Shown here piece by piece: positions 39,201-47,201 of a DNA stretch of 64,000 nucleotides. The notes below the pieces were generated by a model. That model searched no databases, was not told the DNA's origin, and saw only the letters and a list, made by a program, of their open reading frames with translations. The stretch comes from a virus. The stretch lies in IMG/VR virus record IMGVR_UViG_3300031603_000003, positions 15,542-79,541 of that record; one strand, 5' to 3'. The position numbers were made by a program, and so were the translations under genes. The number at the start of each line of letters is the position of its first letter. Within the stretch, counting starts at the first letter, position 1.

Positions 39201-42200
39201 GTACGTACTAGATCTCCCTCCTCTATTTCGTCCGCGCGCTTGAGGCCGCCGAGTACTTCAATTTCAGTGTCATCGGTAACACAATAAGGGTCACCAGTAC
39301 GGAATTCCTCAGGTAACCATGTTGGCATCTGATTAGGTATAGGGTTAGCCTGGTTGAAAGATGTACGTGGTCTAGGATAGAGTCTACGAATACCTTCATT
39401 AAGAAATAGTAAATCTCCAAGGTTAGCGTCCCATAATTTACGGGCCGTGGAGTCTATGGCGCTAGAGCTGGTTAAATATGTTTCATCTACAAATGGCTCG
39501 TCACCGCCCCAGAATGCTTGAGAGCTTAGGAACCCAGTTAACCCTGGTGCCTCGATTAAACCACGGTACACTGATTCAGATATAATAGCACGTGGGCTAG
39601 TAGCTCTGGCAATATATTCATCAGCTACTACTCCCATACCTGGTATAATTCGCGGGGCATCAGTGTCGAATCCCCCAAGTACACCTTTGTACTGTGAGAA
39701 CCCTGCTAACGCTTTACCCTCATGTGCACCTTTGCCTTTACCTGTGACGCCGGCGCCAAGTTCGGAGCGGGCATCCTCTAGGTGCATTAATGAGTTTGTG
39801 CCCATTGGATGTAGGAAGTTATACAATCTACCTGCAGTGGCTCCTAATATAGGACCAACCAGTGGTACTTCACTGAACGGTACATCAGGTTCCATATACG
39901 GTCTATCGAAATAATGTTTACGTGTTAGGTACTGTGGATCAATCAGATCGCCAATTGAGAAATCAATTATACTTCTGTCTTTGAATATGAACTCTTCCCA
40001 TGGTGAACCGTACTGTACCGGTGATGATGATACTTGTGCTTTCATACGGGCATACCAGTTTGGAAGAACGGCCATGGTGCGTCCACCTTCTATGGGCGTA
40101 CTTCCCAAAGTCCAACCGGCACCCTTACGTACGGGAACTAATTCTTTACCTGAATAGATATCACGTAATTCATCGTATGACTTAGTCATATCCGTGACGA
40201 ATGGAGCTGCTAGCGGAATGATAGATAGAAATCCGAGAGGACCTTCAGCCATTGTGGGTTGCAACCACCGGTTAATTACAGCTCCTGCTAACGCACCGGG
40301 TGCGCCTCCAATGGCGAATCCTATAGCTGCGCCTGGTAAGGTGGATGTAGACTTAGGCATCAACCCTTCTAAGTACTTGGCACCCGCTGTTACACCTGTA
40401 ATGTCATAAACTTTTGCAGCTAACAATCTCAAGCGTACGGCTTGATCGGCGACGCCTACGGTAATACCCTCATCCAGGGCAGTACCTTCGAACACTGGTA
40501 ATGTATCAGTAACAGTGTCAGCAAAGTCGTACGTGAGTTCTATTCCAGCCATTAACGCAGCACGGCGACCCATCAAACCAAGCCAAGAGCTGTGACCTTT
40601 GTCGCCTCTTTGTGGTAATATATCTTTATATTTACCACGGTCCCACCCAAGTCCAACCCAGTCCAGGACTGTACCGAATGTTTCATAAGTGTATGTGGAT
40701 CCAAACTTAAACCAACCACCTATGGAGTTGTCCACTGCTACGAACTGTGTCTCGGATGTGAGTTTCTTAATCTCCGATAGCTGGGCTGCACGACCCACGT
40801 GCTGATCATTGAACTGTTTAAGTGGATGGATTTGTTTTAGATAGGCAGTCGCTTCGTCGCTGTGTTGTGCTTCTTGGACTATTTCGATTAGCTTGTTTAC
40901 TGTAGGACGGTACTCAGACTGTGCCTCGGTATTGGTCTTCATACCCATTAACGGTCCAAGGTCCTCTGCCTGCAGAAGTTTCTTGTACGTTTTGGAATGT
41001 TTAACCATTTGAACTAGGCTTAGTTCTTTATCACTAAAGCGTGAACCGGTTCTGGCTTTAACTGCAGCTATAGCTCTATCTACAGCTGTAGACCCATCAG
41101 GAGTAGAGAAAGAGAGCTCGAAGTTAGTACTTACATCTGCTATGTACCTCAACATCTTTTGATGTGGACTCTCGCCTCTACCAGACCCTTGAAGGAAACT
41201 TTCAGGACTATCTAATAAATGTTCTTTGATGTATGCACTATTGGATACACTAATACTAGCCTTGCTGACGGGGCTATCACCAGTCTGGGCCATTAAATAC
41301 TTTACTACCTTACGAGACTTTACTACATCATCTTGTATCTCAGCGAGGAAATCTTCCGTAGAGAGTTTAGTACGGTTACCGCGTATAGCGCTGCGTATGT
41401 CTACGTTTGGTATGTTATCTAATAGTAATGATCCATGTCCGGTAGTTAACAGTGTTGAATATATAGAATCACTACCAAGGAATACCTTGTCGTACGCTTC
41501 TTTCTCAATACCAGCGAACATAGTACCAGCACCTGCTAACTCAACCATTAGTTGCTTGCCCATGAGCGGTGATATCTTAGCCTTACTATCGAATTTTGCT
41601 ATGTTACTCTTTATCTTATCTAGCATGTAGTGGGGCTTAGTAGGATCATTTGGCATTAGTGCGGAAGATACCATCTCGAAGATAGAAGCGTTAGCACCTT
41701 GGCTAGCTCCGAGGTCGAACTTCTGATGCAACCATTGTCGGAAAGGACTTGTTTTGTCCATTCTGTCTGGATCTCTTGGTGGAAGGAACCCTGCAGATTG
41801 GTAAACTATCTTTCCACCCTTCTTTGACAGTGCAGATGCGAAAGGCCGTATGTTGTTAGCGAGCTCAACGGTATTCTGCATAGCTAGATCTGGACCAAAC
41901 AGTGTGTAAGAACGCTTACCTGGAGTTCGAATTAGTACGCCAGGTAGGTTACCTTTACCTCCAGCTTGTCCACTAAACTTAAATGCTTGGCGTGGGCTGT
42001 CCGCGTTCATCAAGTACGCACCAGACTTTAAGCCCTCGTCCGTTACGTTTGCACCAGTCATACCAGATATGGGTAATGTATTATGTATAGGTATGAACAT
42101 TGGTAGATCTTGACCTAGCAATCCGCGTATTGGGTATAATGTATCAAGAGCAGGACCTAGGCGTGTCGTCTTACCTAGACTACTTATAGCTTTATCTGCT

Positions 42201-43660
42201 ATAGCTCCTGGGCTGTAGTTACGAATATCAACTATTTTACCCTTACCGCCGAACCTACCTGGTAGGTTCTTGGCATAATAGATATGTCTATCCGCTAATA
42301 ACTCTTTAAGTTTATGACCATCCTTGGCGGCCGTGTTAAGGTGTGGAAAGATTCGTGATAACTTCGCCTGCTGTTCTAGTCCTACTGTAGGCTGTTGCCT
42401 TATATCGTGGAAAAAGCTAGCTGTCGTCATTTGTACACGTTGTTGTGTACTGTAATCATAGTGTTTTAATCTTGCACGTTCGAAGCCTAAGTACTTACTA
42501 ACTAATCGTTCTGTAAATGTTGATGTCTTCTTAGCATCGAACAGGTTAGTCTCAATGTGATTAAGATAATCATCGGACATTCCAGGAGTCGCGAATGACT
42601 TAATTAGTTGTTGTTGATCGTCCTCGCGGCGTGACGCTATAGGTCCCATCCACCGTTTGAAATGACTAACACTGAAGTCGTCCATGGCGGACTTACGAGA
42701 TCGGATGACCTTAGCTTGTGTCCTTACCTGCTCTTTGTACAGAGCACTTATGTCCTTCGCACCCTCCTTCTTACCAACAAACTTTAGGTGGGAAGTTTTA
42801 GTCCTATCCATGTGTACGCGGTAAGACTCACGTTCCTTAAGTGTTGTTTTGAGCGCGGCTTTGTGGACCATCGCTTTGTCAACGTACGGACGAATCTTGT
42901 TCTTATCTGATTTCCACCACTCTAATGCTTTGTTTACAGTAGCGACTACGGATTTCGTCATACCATCTGGGTTAAGTTTGTTGTTTAAAAGCTTTGTTCC
43001 TATTATCTGGGCTCCGCCCATCATACCACGAGACATTGCATCATACCCGATGAACTCAGGAACGTACGTAGCTATGTCCCAGGCTCGTCCTGGTAGATTA
43101 TACCATGCGATATCTCTCTTTTGTCGCTGAGCCGCAGTGTCGGTTGGGTGTCCGATGATACGGTCTACTCCATAGAAGAACGGGAATGCTACAACTGAAT
43201 CCTTGGCGTACTTACCGGCCATACCCAATGCAATATCTGGGCGTCCCATGCCTGCTGTTTTGAATGTATCCCAACGTTCAACTATGTTCTTACCGTCTGT
43301 ACGTCTTAAGTATTCTTTGTAGTGTGTATTAGTAACAGCTTTGTGTAATGCCCCGGCGGCTTTACCTCCAGGTAGCTTACCTCTGCTGAGGAAAACAGAT
43401 AAACTATCATCGGCTTGGTGTGCCGCGTTGGCGGCTGCACGTACAGTCTTGGATACATTACGACTTACGGCCGCTGATGCTATTAGTTTCTTCTTACCAA
43501 CATTGAATGCGCCTTGAGCGCCCATGAATAGTACACCCCAAGTCGCGAACGACTTGACCATACCAGTTAGCCCACTAGTTATAGCGGACGATACACCGGA
43601 GTCTTCGTAACCCTCCAGGGCTAGGGCAATATCTCTTGGATCAGCGGCCATTACGTCCAT
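36245..43660 (-). CDS. Tape-measure-position giant virion protein with intein and PD-(D/E)XK (Cas4/RecB-like) nuclease domain (2471 aa precursor)
   Basis: Directly after the tail chaperones; helical, with Gly/Ala hydrophobic segments (GAAIGFAIGGAPGALAGAVI; GAGGALVGGPFGATVGAAVGAAYG). Nuclease motifs GTAIH..E..YVDL..EIKS..QLNAY. Confidence 0.8.
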   Translation of the reverse strand: MDVMAADPRDIALALEGYEDSGVSSAITSGLTGMVKSFATWGVLFMGAQGAFNVGKKKLIASAAVSRNVSKTVRAAANAAHQADDSLSVFLSRGKLPGGKAAGALHKAVTNTHYKEYLRRTDGKNIVERWDTFKTAGMGRPDIALGMAGKYAKDSVVAFPFFYGVDRIIGHPTDTAAQRQKRDIAWYNLPGRAWDIATYVPEFIGYDAMSRGMMGGAQIIGTKLLNNKLNPDGMTKSVVATVNKALEWWKSDKNKIRPYVDKAMVHKAALKTTLKERESYRVHMDRTKTSHLKFVGKKEGAKDISALYKEQVRTQAKVIRSRKSAMDDFSVSHFKRWMGPIASRREDDQQQLIKSFATPGMSDDYLNHIETNLFDAKKTSTFTERLVSKYLGFERARLKHYDYSTQQRVQMTTASFFHDIRQQPTVGLEQQAKLSRIFPHLNTAAKDGHKLKELLADRHIYYAKNLPGRFGGKGKIVDIRNYSPGAIADKAISSLGKTTRLGPALDTLYPIRGLLGQDLPMFIPIHNTLPISGMTGANVTDEGLKSGAYLMNADSPRQAFKFSGQAGGKGNLPGVLIRTPGKRSYTLFGPDLAMQNTVELANNIRPFASALSKKGGKIVYQSAGFLPPRDPDRMDKTSPFRQWLHQKFDLGASQGANASIFEMVSSALMPNDPTKPHYMLDKIKSNIAKFDSKAKISPLMGKQLMVELAGAGTMFAGIEKEAYDKVFLGSDSIYSTLLTTGHGSLLLDNIPNVDIRSAIRGNRTKLSTEDFLAEIQDDVVKSRKVVKYLMAQTGDSPVSKASISVSNSAYIKEHLLDSPESFLQGSGRGESPHQKMLRYIADVSTNFELSFSTPDGSTAVDRAIAAVKARTGSRFSDKELSLVQMVKHSKTYKKLLQAEDLGPLMGMKTNTEAQSEYRPTVNKLIEIVQEAQHSDEATAYLKQIHPLKQFNDQHVGRAAQLSEIKKLTSETQFVAVDNSIGGWFKFGSTYTYETFGTVLDWVGLGWDRGKYKDILPQRGDKGHSSWLGLMGRRAALMAGIELTYDFADTVTDTLPVFEGTALDEGITVGVADQAVRLRLLAAKVYDITGVTAGAKYLEGLMPKSTSTLPGAAIGFAIGGAPGALAGAVINRWLQPTMAEGPLGFLSIIPLAAPFVTDMTKSYDELRDIYSGKELVPVRKGAGWTLGSTPIEGGRTMAVLPNWYARMKAQVSSSPVQYGSPWEEFIFKDRSIIDFSIGDLIDPQYLTRKHYFDRPYMEPDVPFSEVPLVGPILGATAGRLYNFLHPMGTNSLMHLEDARSELGAGVTGKGKGAHEGKALAGFSQYKGVLGGFDTDAPRIIPGMGVVADEYIARATSPRAIISESVYRGLIEAPGLTGFLSSQAFWGGDEPFVDETYLTSSSAIDSTARKLWDANLGDLLFLNEGIRRLYPRPRTSFNQANPIPNQMPTWLPEEFRTGDPYCVTDDTEIEVLGGLKRADEIEEGDLVRTTRGRYVPVSAILPRPVKERVYVIKLKHTDTLIRVTSEHPFLVSDNGHYVKAENLTKKHRVRYPLRDLRTTAPAVHTEMSTRRSGVVTGGYAFTLGIILAYGKYEDEHIKLINCPIDHGEIVHLVDTYFGVSVNRDNSFRSGAVAELLEQMQTYGIPDELYAVGTPALLQFTRQFLTTNMRGMELTFEMPTRNLAYQIWSHLAQLHIHGVLEGNTVQVYGKSAVTLHHILTGERVYDRGQITGNELPSTILRVIGNKQYMSLGIEWIKRERYDGLVYGFEVDTDDSFCVGCVCTHNTKRPLGEYILPGSGYEATHETTIDFPSGISRLGSSAFDQAMGFLGLNQFDEDAIEIMEGGTAIHRMVQTALKAENRAIKTEALITDPENRLSSYVDLVFPTVDKVGSPGEIKSISAAGFSKLRAPKRANVVQLNAYMHIMGAQSGKIIYVNRDDPSQVKSFFTRYNADMWDDSINTLNQARGMAAGYLEEGYGQAAGGYSYTDRFEVLLNTSPFSKEFREIGQIVEEQAERGMLTDSQVNRLDMLKRHAKGVVNKYEMYDKRFQGTDWIAPSAEYTSYNLNENIRAAAEYSLTERAVGAVWEKLMSYRTPLHTKFFGVYSPEEMYDNEVVLGKGFQGWGNPVESFIKPWTRGALSATGPVQGALSWGAGGALVGGPFGATVGAAVGAAYGTAHGLARTITGTEYKPDHFEELSEYSEYFDVVKYDKASRMYDLTKDSRYLRQMSQTAVGFGAFAQNPEEMNQTNRYAYQAYNMQGTPNYGHHSPWGGQDTAGDTSYRAQLDLGVTFSAIPYWDRPFFTAFMNERDPERRQQILRKVDASMARVLSKTWNESRDSAFDATQYFETHQRPLATDPIMQPSANMDFFEMKTVESAGLDSHDFGLGWRDQVKAAEQSLLKSRALDIHAPSSGQSSVDIDIPEIQGYITQQLTMSGMTFTVEVTDTPSAGAEGIKLEVEIQRDSAREISRRTRG
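38315..39283 (-). mobile_element. Intein (323 aa, residues 1460-1782) with degenerate LAGLIDADG-type endonuclease region
   Basis: Starts CVTDDTEI, block B VTSEHPF, ends VYGFEV...THN followed by Thr. Removal restores GDPY-TKRPLGEYILPG. Central LGIILAYG is a degenerate endonuclease motif. Confidence 0.93.
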
Positions 43661-44255
43661 GCTTTATAGCTTCTGCGAGTACATTGGTAGTTTCCGCGAG
43701 CTTCTCGGGTGTGATACCACGTTTAGCCATAGACTCTGCGTCCATGGTGACAGGTTTAGAAGTAAGCTCTTGTGTCTCGGTCAAGATAGATTGCTTCGTA
43801 GCTAGTTCAAGTACAGCCACGGTACGGAATAGATGTTCAGGTGTCATTTTAAGTAACTGAAGTAGATCTATACCGGGGTACACAGCGGCTGCCTTGACCG
43901 CTATGGCGTACGTGACGGCTTTCTCTGAATGTTCTGATGCCCACGTACGGGAAACCTCCACGAGAGCATCATATGCTTCCTCTGAGAGTCCAATATTAGA
44001 GGTTGCGGATTCAGCTATGGTCGAGTATGAACCGGCGAGAGTTAACGGAGCGTCGGGGCCATGTAACACTACGGTCTTAAAGATCGCTTCTGCCCAATCT
44101 GATGTTGGTAGAGATGTAGATAAATCCATAAACGCCAAGTACTCCATGGTGTTAAGGGATCTATAATAAATACGTTGTGATTCTATAGTCACCGCGTGTA
44201 CGGCACCGTATTCAAACTTCCACTTTAATAATTGTGTTTCGTCTACTTTAGCCAT
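43641..44255 (-). CDS. Tail assembly chaperone, long paralog (204 aa)
   Basis: N-terminus WKFEYG...IYYRSLNTMEY aligns with the upstream chaperone; position before the tape-measure-like gene. Confidence 0.75.
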   Translation of the reverse strand: MAKVDETQLLKWKFEYGAVHAVTIESQRIYYRSLNTMEYLAFMDLSTSLPTSDWAEAIFKTVVLHGPDAPLTLAGSYSTIAESATSNIGLSEEAYDALVEVSRTWASEHSEKAVTYAIAVKAAAVYPGIDLLQLLKMTPEHLFRTVAVLELATKQSILTETQELTSKPVTMDAESMAKRGITPEKLAETTNVLAEAIKHGRNGR

Positions 44256-44260
44256 GATAT

Positions 44261-44299
44261 AAAAAGAGGCGAGAATCGACGTATGCCGAGCCTCGCCTC
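44261..44299 (-). terminator. Intrinsic terminator-like hairpin
   Basis: Minus strand GAGGCGAG-GC-TCGGC-ATAC-GTCGA-TT-CTCGCCTC followed by TTTTT. Confidence 0.75.
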
Positions 44300-44323
44300 A
44301 ATACTCCTACTTGGACGTTTGGT

Positions 44324-44707
44324 TTAAAGCGTGACTGGTTCCGCCGCATTTCCAAAACCTGCTAAGATCAGCATGTTCTGTGATAGGGTGGACGCTAGTC
44401 CTGCTGCACGTTCGAAGTCGATGTCCTTATAGACTGGGAACAGAATTAGTTGCTGTACAACATTCTCTTCCGCATCTGCGCCTGTAAGTAATCCGTCGGT
44501 TAGCATTTGTGTATGCTCACTCTTAGATAGTTGTCGGTAGATATAAGCTTTAGTTCCTACTACTGACATCTGTAGAATACCAAACTTCTCCTTCCAGCCG
44601 GCGATCACCTCTTTAGAGGGTGTGTCCATTGCTGGTTCCACTGCTGCTGCTGTTACTTCCTCGGTAGGAGCTGCGGTGTTGTCTTTCTTTGCTACTTTGT
44701 CACTCAT
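44324..44707 (-). CDS. Tail assembly chaperone, short paralog (127 aa)
   Basis: WKEKFG...YIYRQLSKSEH and AGLASTLSQNML..AGF; strong AGGAG RBS; position after the tube genes. Confidence 0.8.
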   Translation of the reverse strand: MSDKVAKKDNTAAPTEEVTAAAVEPAMDTPSKEVIAGWKEKFGILQMSVVGTKAYIYRQLSKSEHTQMLTDGLLTGADAEENVVQQLILFPVYKDIDFERAAGLASTLSQNMLILAGFGNAAEPVTL

Positions 44708-44748
44708 ATGAGATCTCCTTGTTATGTTCGATTAATGGTATGGCAGGG

Positions 44749-45567
44749 TCAAAGTGTGAGTTTGTTCGCGAGAGCATTAAACGCAGCCCCGCCAAATGGT
44801 GTTGGTATTATCTTATATAATACCCCTTGAGAATTGGCTTCATATACATACCATATAGTATGCTGTCCAATCTCTTGGATTATAAGTTGTTGTGGGGCTG
44901 TCTCTCCGTCGTCATTTGCAAACTGCGATGTGGATGACAGATGTTGTAATAGTGCTGTAAGATCGGTCCAGCTATCTGACGGTAACTGTACTTGTACTGA
45001 GGTATTATCTACATTGGTAATTGTATATATAGGGTCACCAGCTGTGAGTATTGGAGGTGTCCATACTATGTTCCAGACTTTATATACATTACTTGGTATT
45101 TGTGATACTACTAATTGTTCGTTTTGGTCAACAGGTACTGCTTCTGAGAACGGTGTAGTGATAGCTTCGTAATTGGTTAGCATACTCCATGCTATGAATT
45201 GGTATGCCGTTTGTATTGGTTGTCCGTCGGAGTTCGTCACCATCTGCGTACCGGTGACACGAATTGATAGTAAATCAACGATGCGCGATAGTCCGCCAGT
45301 AAACCTAGGAGTAAACAATAACTTAAGATCTGCACCTTCGAAGTTCACGGGTTGTGTGGAATTCAACGCAAAAGACCCACTAACCAAGGCTTTACCTTGT
45401 GCGTACCCTACTGTGTTACCTTTAAAGTACGTGTACTGTGGTATAACTTCGGTATTTACTTGAAAAGTTAGGGAAGCACAATCCAGAGTGGAGAGTACCC
45501 CATCGACTGTGGTTGCTTTGACTATCAGGTCGGCACCAGTAGCATGTATATTAATCATTAGGTGCAT
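44749..45567 (-). CDS. Tail tube-fold paralog with C-terminal extension (272 aa)
   Basis: TGADLIV, GYAQGKALVSGSFALN and GQPIQTAYQFIA align with the major tube protein. Confidence 0.7.
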   Translation of the reverse strand: MHLMINIHATGADLIVKATTVDGVLSTLDCASLTFQVNTEVIPQYTYFKGNTVGYAQGKALVSGSFALNSTQPVNFEGADLKLLFTPRFTGGLSRIVDLLSIRVTGTQMVTNSDGQPIQTAYQFIAWSMLTNYEAITTPFSEAVPVDQNEQLVVSQIPSNVYKVWNIVWTPPILTAGDPIYTITNVDNTSVQVQLPSDSWTDLTALLQHLSSTSQFANDDGETAPQQLIIQEIGQHTIWYVYEANSQGVLYKIIPTPFGGAAFNALANKLTL

Positions 45568-46573
45568 GTCCGTATAATATAGCTCTAAAATGATGGAGCA
45601 ATTCTGTTAGGTCTGCGGGTGCACCTATATTTATGTAGTCAACGAATCCAATTAAATCGTAATATACTCCGCCAGCGGCTTCTATGAACATCAGCCAACA
45701 TACTCCTGGTTGATCGATGTCAGCTAGTGGTGTAGTATATTGTTCCATGAACATACTTATAGCCTCAGCCCGTAGATGACCAAGGTTTGGAGGCCCAATA
45801 ACATTCTCTAACATCGGAAGATTAACGACTATCTCTTTGTGCTTTGTTGCGGTATATCTATTGTCTTCTTGCCGATACCAGTTACCCGTACCTGAGTCAT
45901 TACGGAAATCAACACCTGCTTCGGCGAAGTCAGTTGCGAGTGTTTTGAGTTGTAAATAACTAACTGTGACTGGGTGAGGGTCTTCTGTATCGTTGTCTAG
46001 TATTTGCCATAAAGATATATGTGTATTCATACCTACAGGCACGGGGTCGGGTACAATTTCTATGATCGCAGGTACTACGGCTTCGGGTTCTACTTCTACT
46101 TCTACTTCTGGTTCTACTGGTGTGCGTACAACCTCTGGTACAGGTATGGCTATGAACGAGTCATCCACCACGGAGTTTCCTATTACGCCTATGAAGTTGT
46201 AGATAGTACTGGTTGGACCGCCGTCGGCGGTGACCTGAACCTGCTGACTCTGTATATGCACGTGGTTAATAATTAGAATCTTCGCTTTACCGTATATTGG
46301 TAGCGGTTGTACATATAAATTAAATAATACTGTATAAGGATAATCATTGAACCATTCAGGTTCTTCACCAAGGACAATGGCTATGGTACCTTGAGTCAGG
46401 CTCTCACCGTCGGCGAATGCTCCAGGTACGACGGTATTATGTCCGAAGATAGCTTCTTTAGATGTTACTTGTGATACGTTAAAGTATGGTGCAGAAAGGG
46501 GGATAGGGGCATCTTTATTTAATTGAATCCCTACCTGTATATCGGCCCCGCAGTAATATTCCGGCTCGTACAT
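45551..46573 (-). CDS. Tail tube-fold paralog with Pro/Glu/Val linker and C-terminal domain (340 aa)
   Basis: YCGADIQV, AFADGESLTQGTIAI and GGPTSTIYNFIG align with the tube protein; linker PVEPEVEVEVEPE. Confidence 0.7.
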   Translation of the reverse strand: MYEPEYYCGADIQVGIQLNKDAPIPLSAPYFNVSQVTSKEAIFGHNTVVPGAFADGESLTQGTIAIVLGEEPEWFNDYPYTVLFNLYVQPLPIYGKAKILIINHVHIQSQQVQVTADGGPTSTIYNFIGVIGNSVVDDSFIAIPVPEVVRTPVEPEVEVEVEPEAVVPAIIEIVPDPVPVGMNTHISLWQILDNDTEDPHPVTVSYLQLKTLATDFAEAGVDFRNDSGTGNWYRQEDNRYTATKHKEIVVNLPMLENVIGPPNLGHLRAEAISMFMEQYTTPLADIDQPGVCWLMFIEAAGGVYYDLIGFVDYINIGAPADLTELLHHFRAILYGHAPND

Positions 46574-46578
46574 GGGAC

Positions 46579-47133
46579 TTATTCTTCGTCTGGTTCTTCA
46601 TTATTGTAGGGAGCCAACAAATCTTCAATATAGTCGGTAGTTGCTTTTCTAATATCTTTCATATCTCTTGCTAGATATTGTACTACCGTCTCTGTGAATC
46701 CTTCATCGATTCCTAAGGTAACTCCTGGATCTATGAATGTTACATCCGTTAACTCGAAGTGTAGTAGATTACCAGTTGGTCCTACTATGATACCAATTAC
46801 GTTGCATGGAGGTAATTGATCAAGTTTTGTATAGTTATGAGCCTTACCGGTAGTTGCATCTATATCACTGAAAAGATCGTGTATTAAACCTTGATCTACG
46901 CTATTAATGAATATCATACTGCCCGCTATAGTACGAGGGCCGTACGTAAAGCCAGTGGCATTAACTTGTCCAAGTGATCGTACTGGAAACTTCTCCCTGT
47001 GTACTGAAATTGAAAGTGTTGCGAGATTCTCTTGCCGTACACCTATGTCTGACCACTCGAACATAACTTGAACATCAACGCCAGAGTATGCCATTAATGT
47101 GTTTTCACCTGTGGTGTATTCGAAGTCAGCCAT
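46579..47133 (-). CDS. Minor tail tube-like protein (184 aa)
   Basis: YSGVDV, LSISVHREKFPV, GPRTIAGSMIF and DQLPP are closely similar to the major tube protein. Confidence 0.85.
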   Translation of the reverse strand: MADFEYTTGENTLMAYSGVDVQVMFEWSDIGVRQENLATLSISVHREKFPVRSLGQVNATGFTYGPRTIAGSMIFINSVDQGLIHDLFSDIDATTGKAHNYTKLDQLPPCNVIGIIVGPTGNLLHFELTDVTFIDPGVTLGIDEGFTETVVQYLARDMKDIRKATTDYIEDLLAPYNNEEPDEE

Positions 47134-47146
47134 GGTAGTCCTAAGC

Positions 47147-47182
47147 GGACGTTCCCCTCACAGTGTGTGAGGGGATTAGTCC
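47147..47182 (-). promoter_or_regulatory. Stable hairpin after the major tube gene (3'-protective or atypical terminator)
   Basis: Perfect 10-bp stem TCCCCTCACA/TGTGAGGGGA (47153-47175), extendable by GGAC/GTCC; no U-tract. Confidence 0.55.
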
Positions 47183-47201
47183 TTTATCGAGGGAGCAGCG
47201 A

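Noticed and set aside
16567-39420. Short nested minus-strand ORFs (16567..16758, 22247..22474, 39223..39420)
   Set aside because: Out of frame inside well-supported genes, with no supporting signal.
44256-44340. Programmed frameshift joining the two chaperone ORFs
   Set aside because: No slippery heptamer seen at the end of the first ORF, a 68-nt gap with a terminator intervenes, and the second ORF has its own paralogous N-terminus.
46088-46120. TCTACT tandem repeat
   Set aside because: Simply encodes the EVEVEVE linker; no sign of phase variation.
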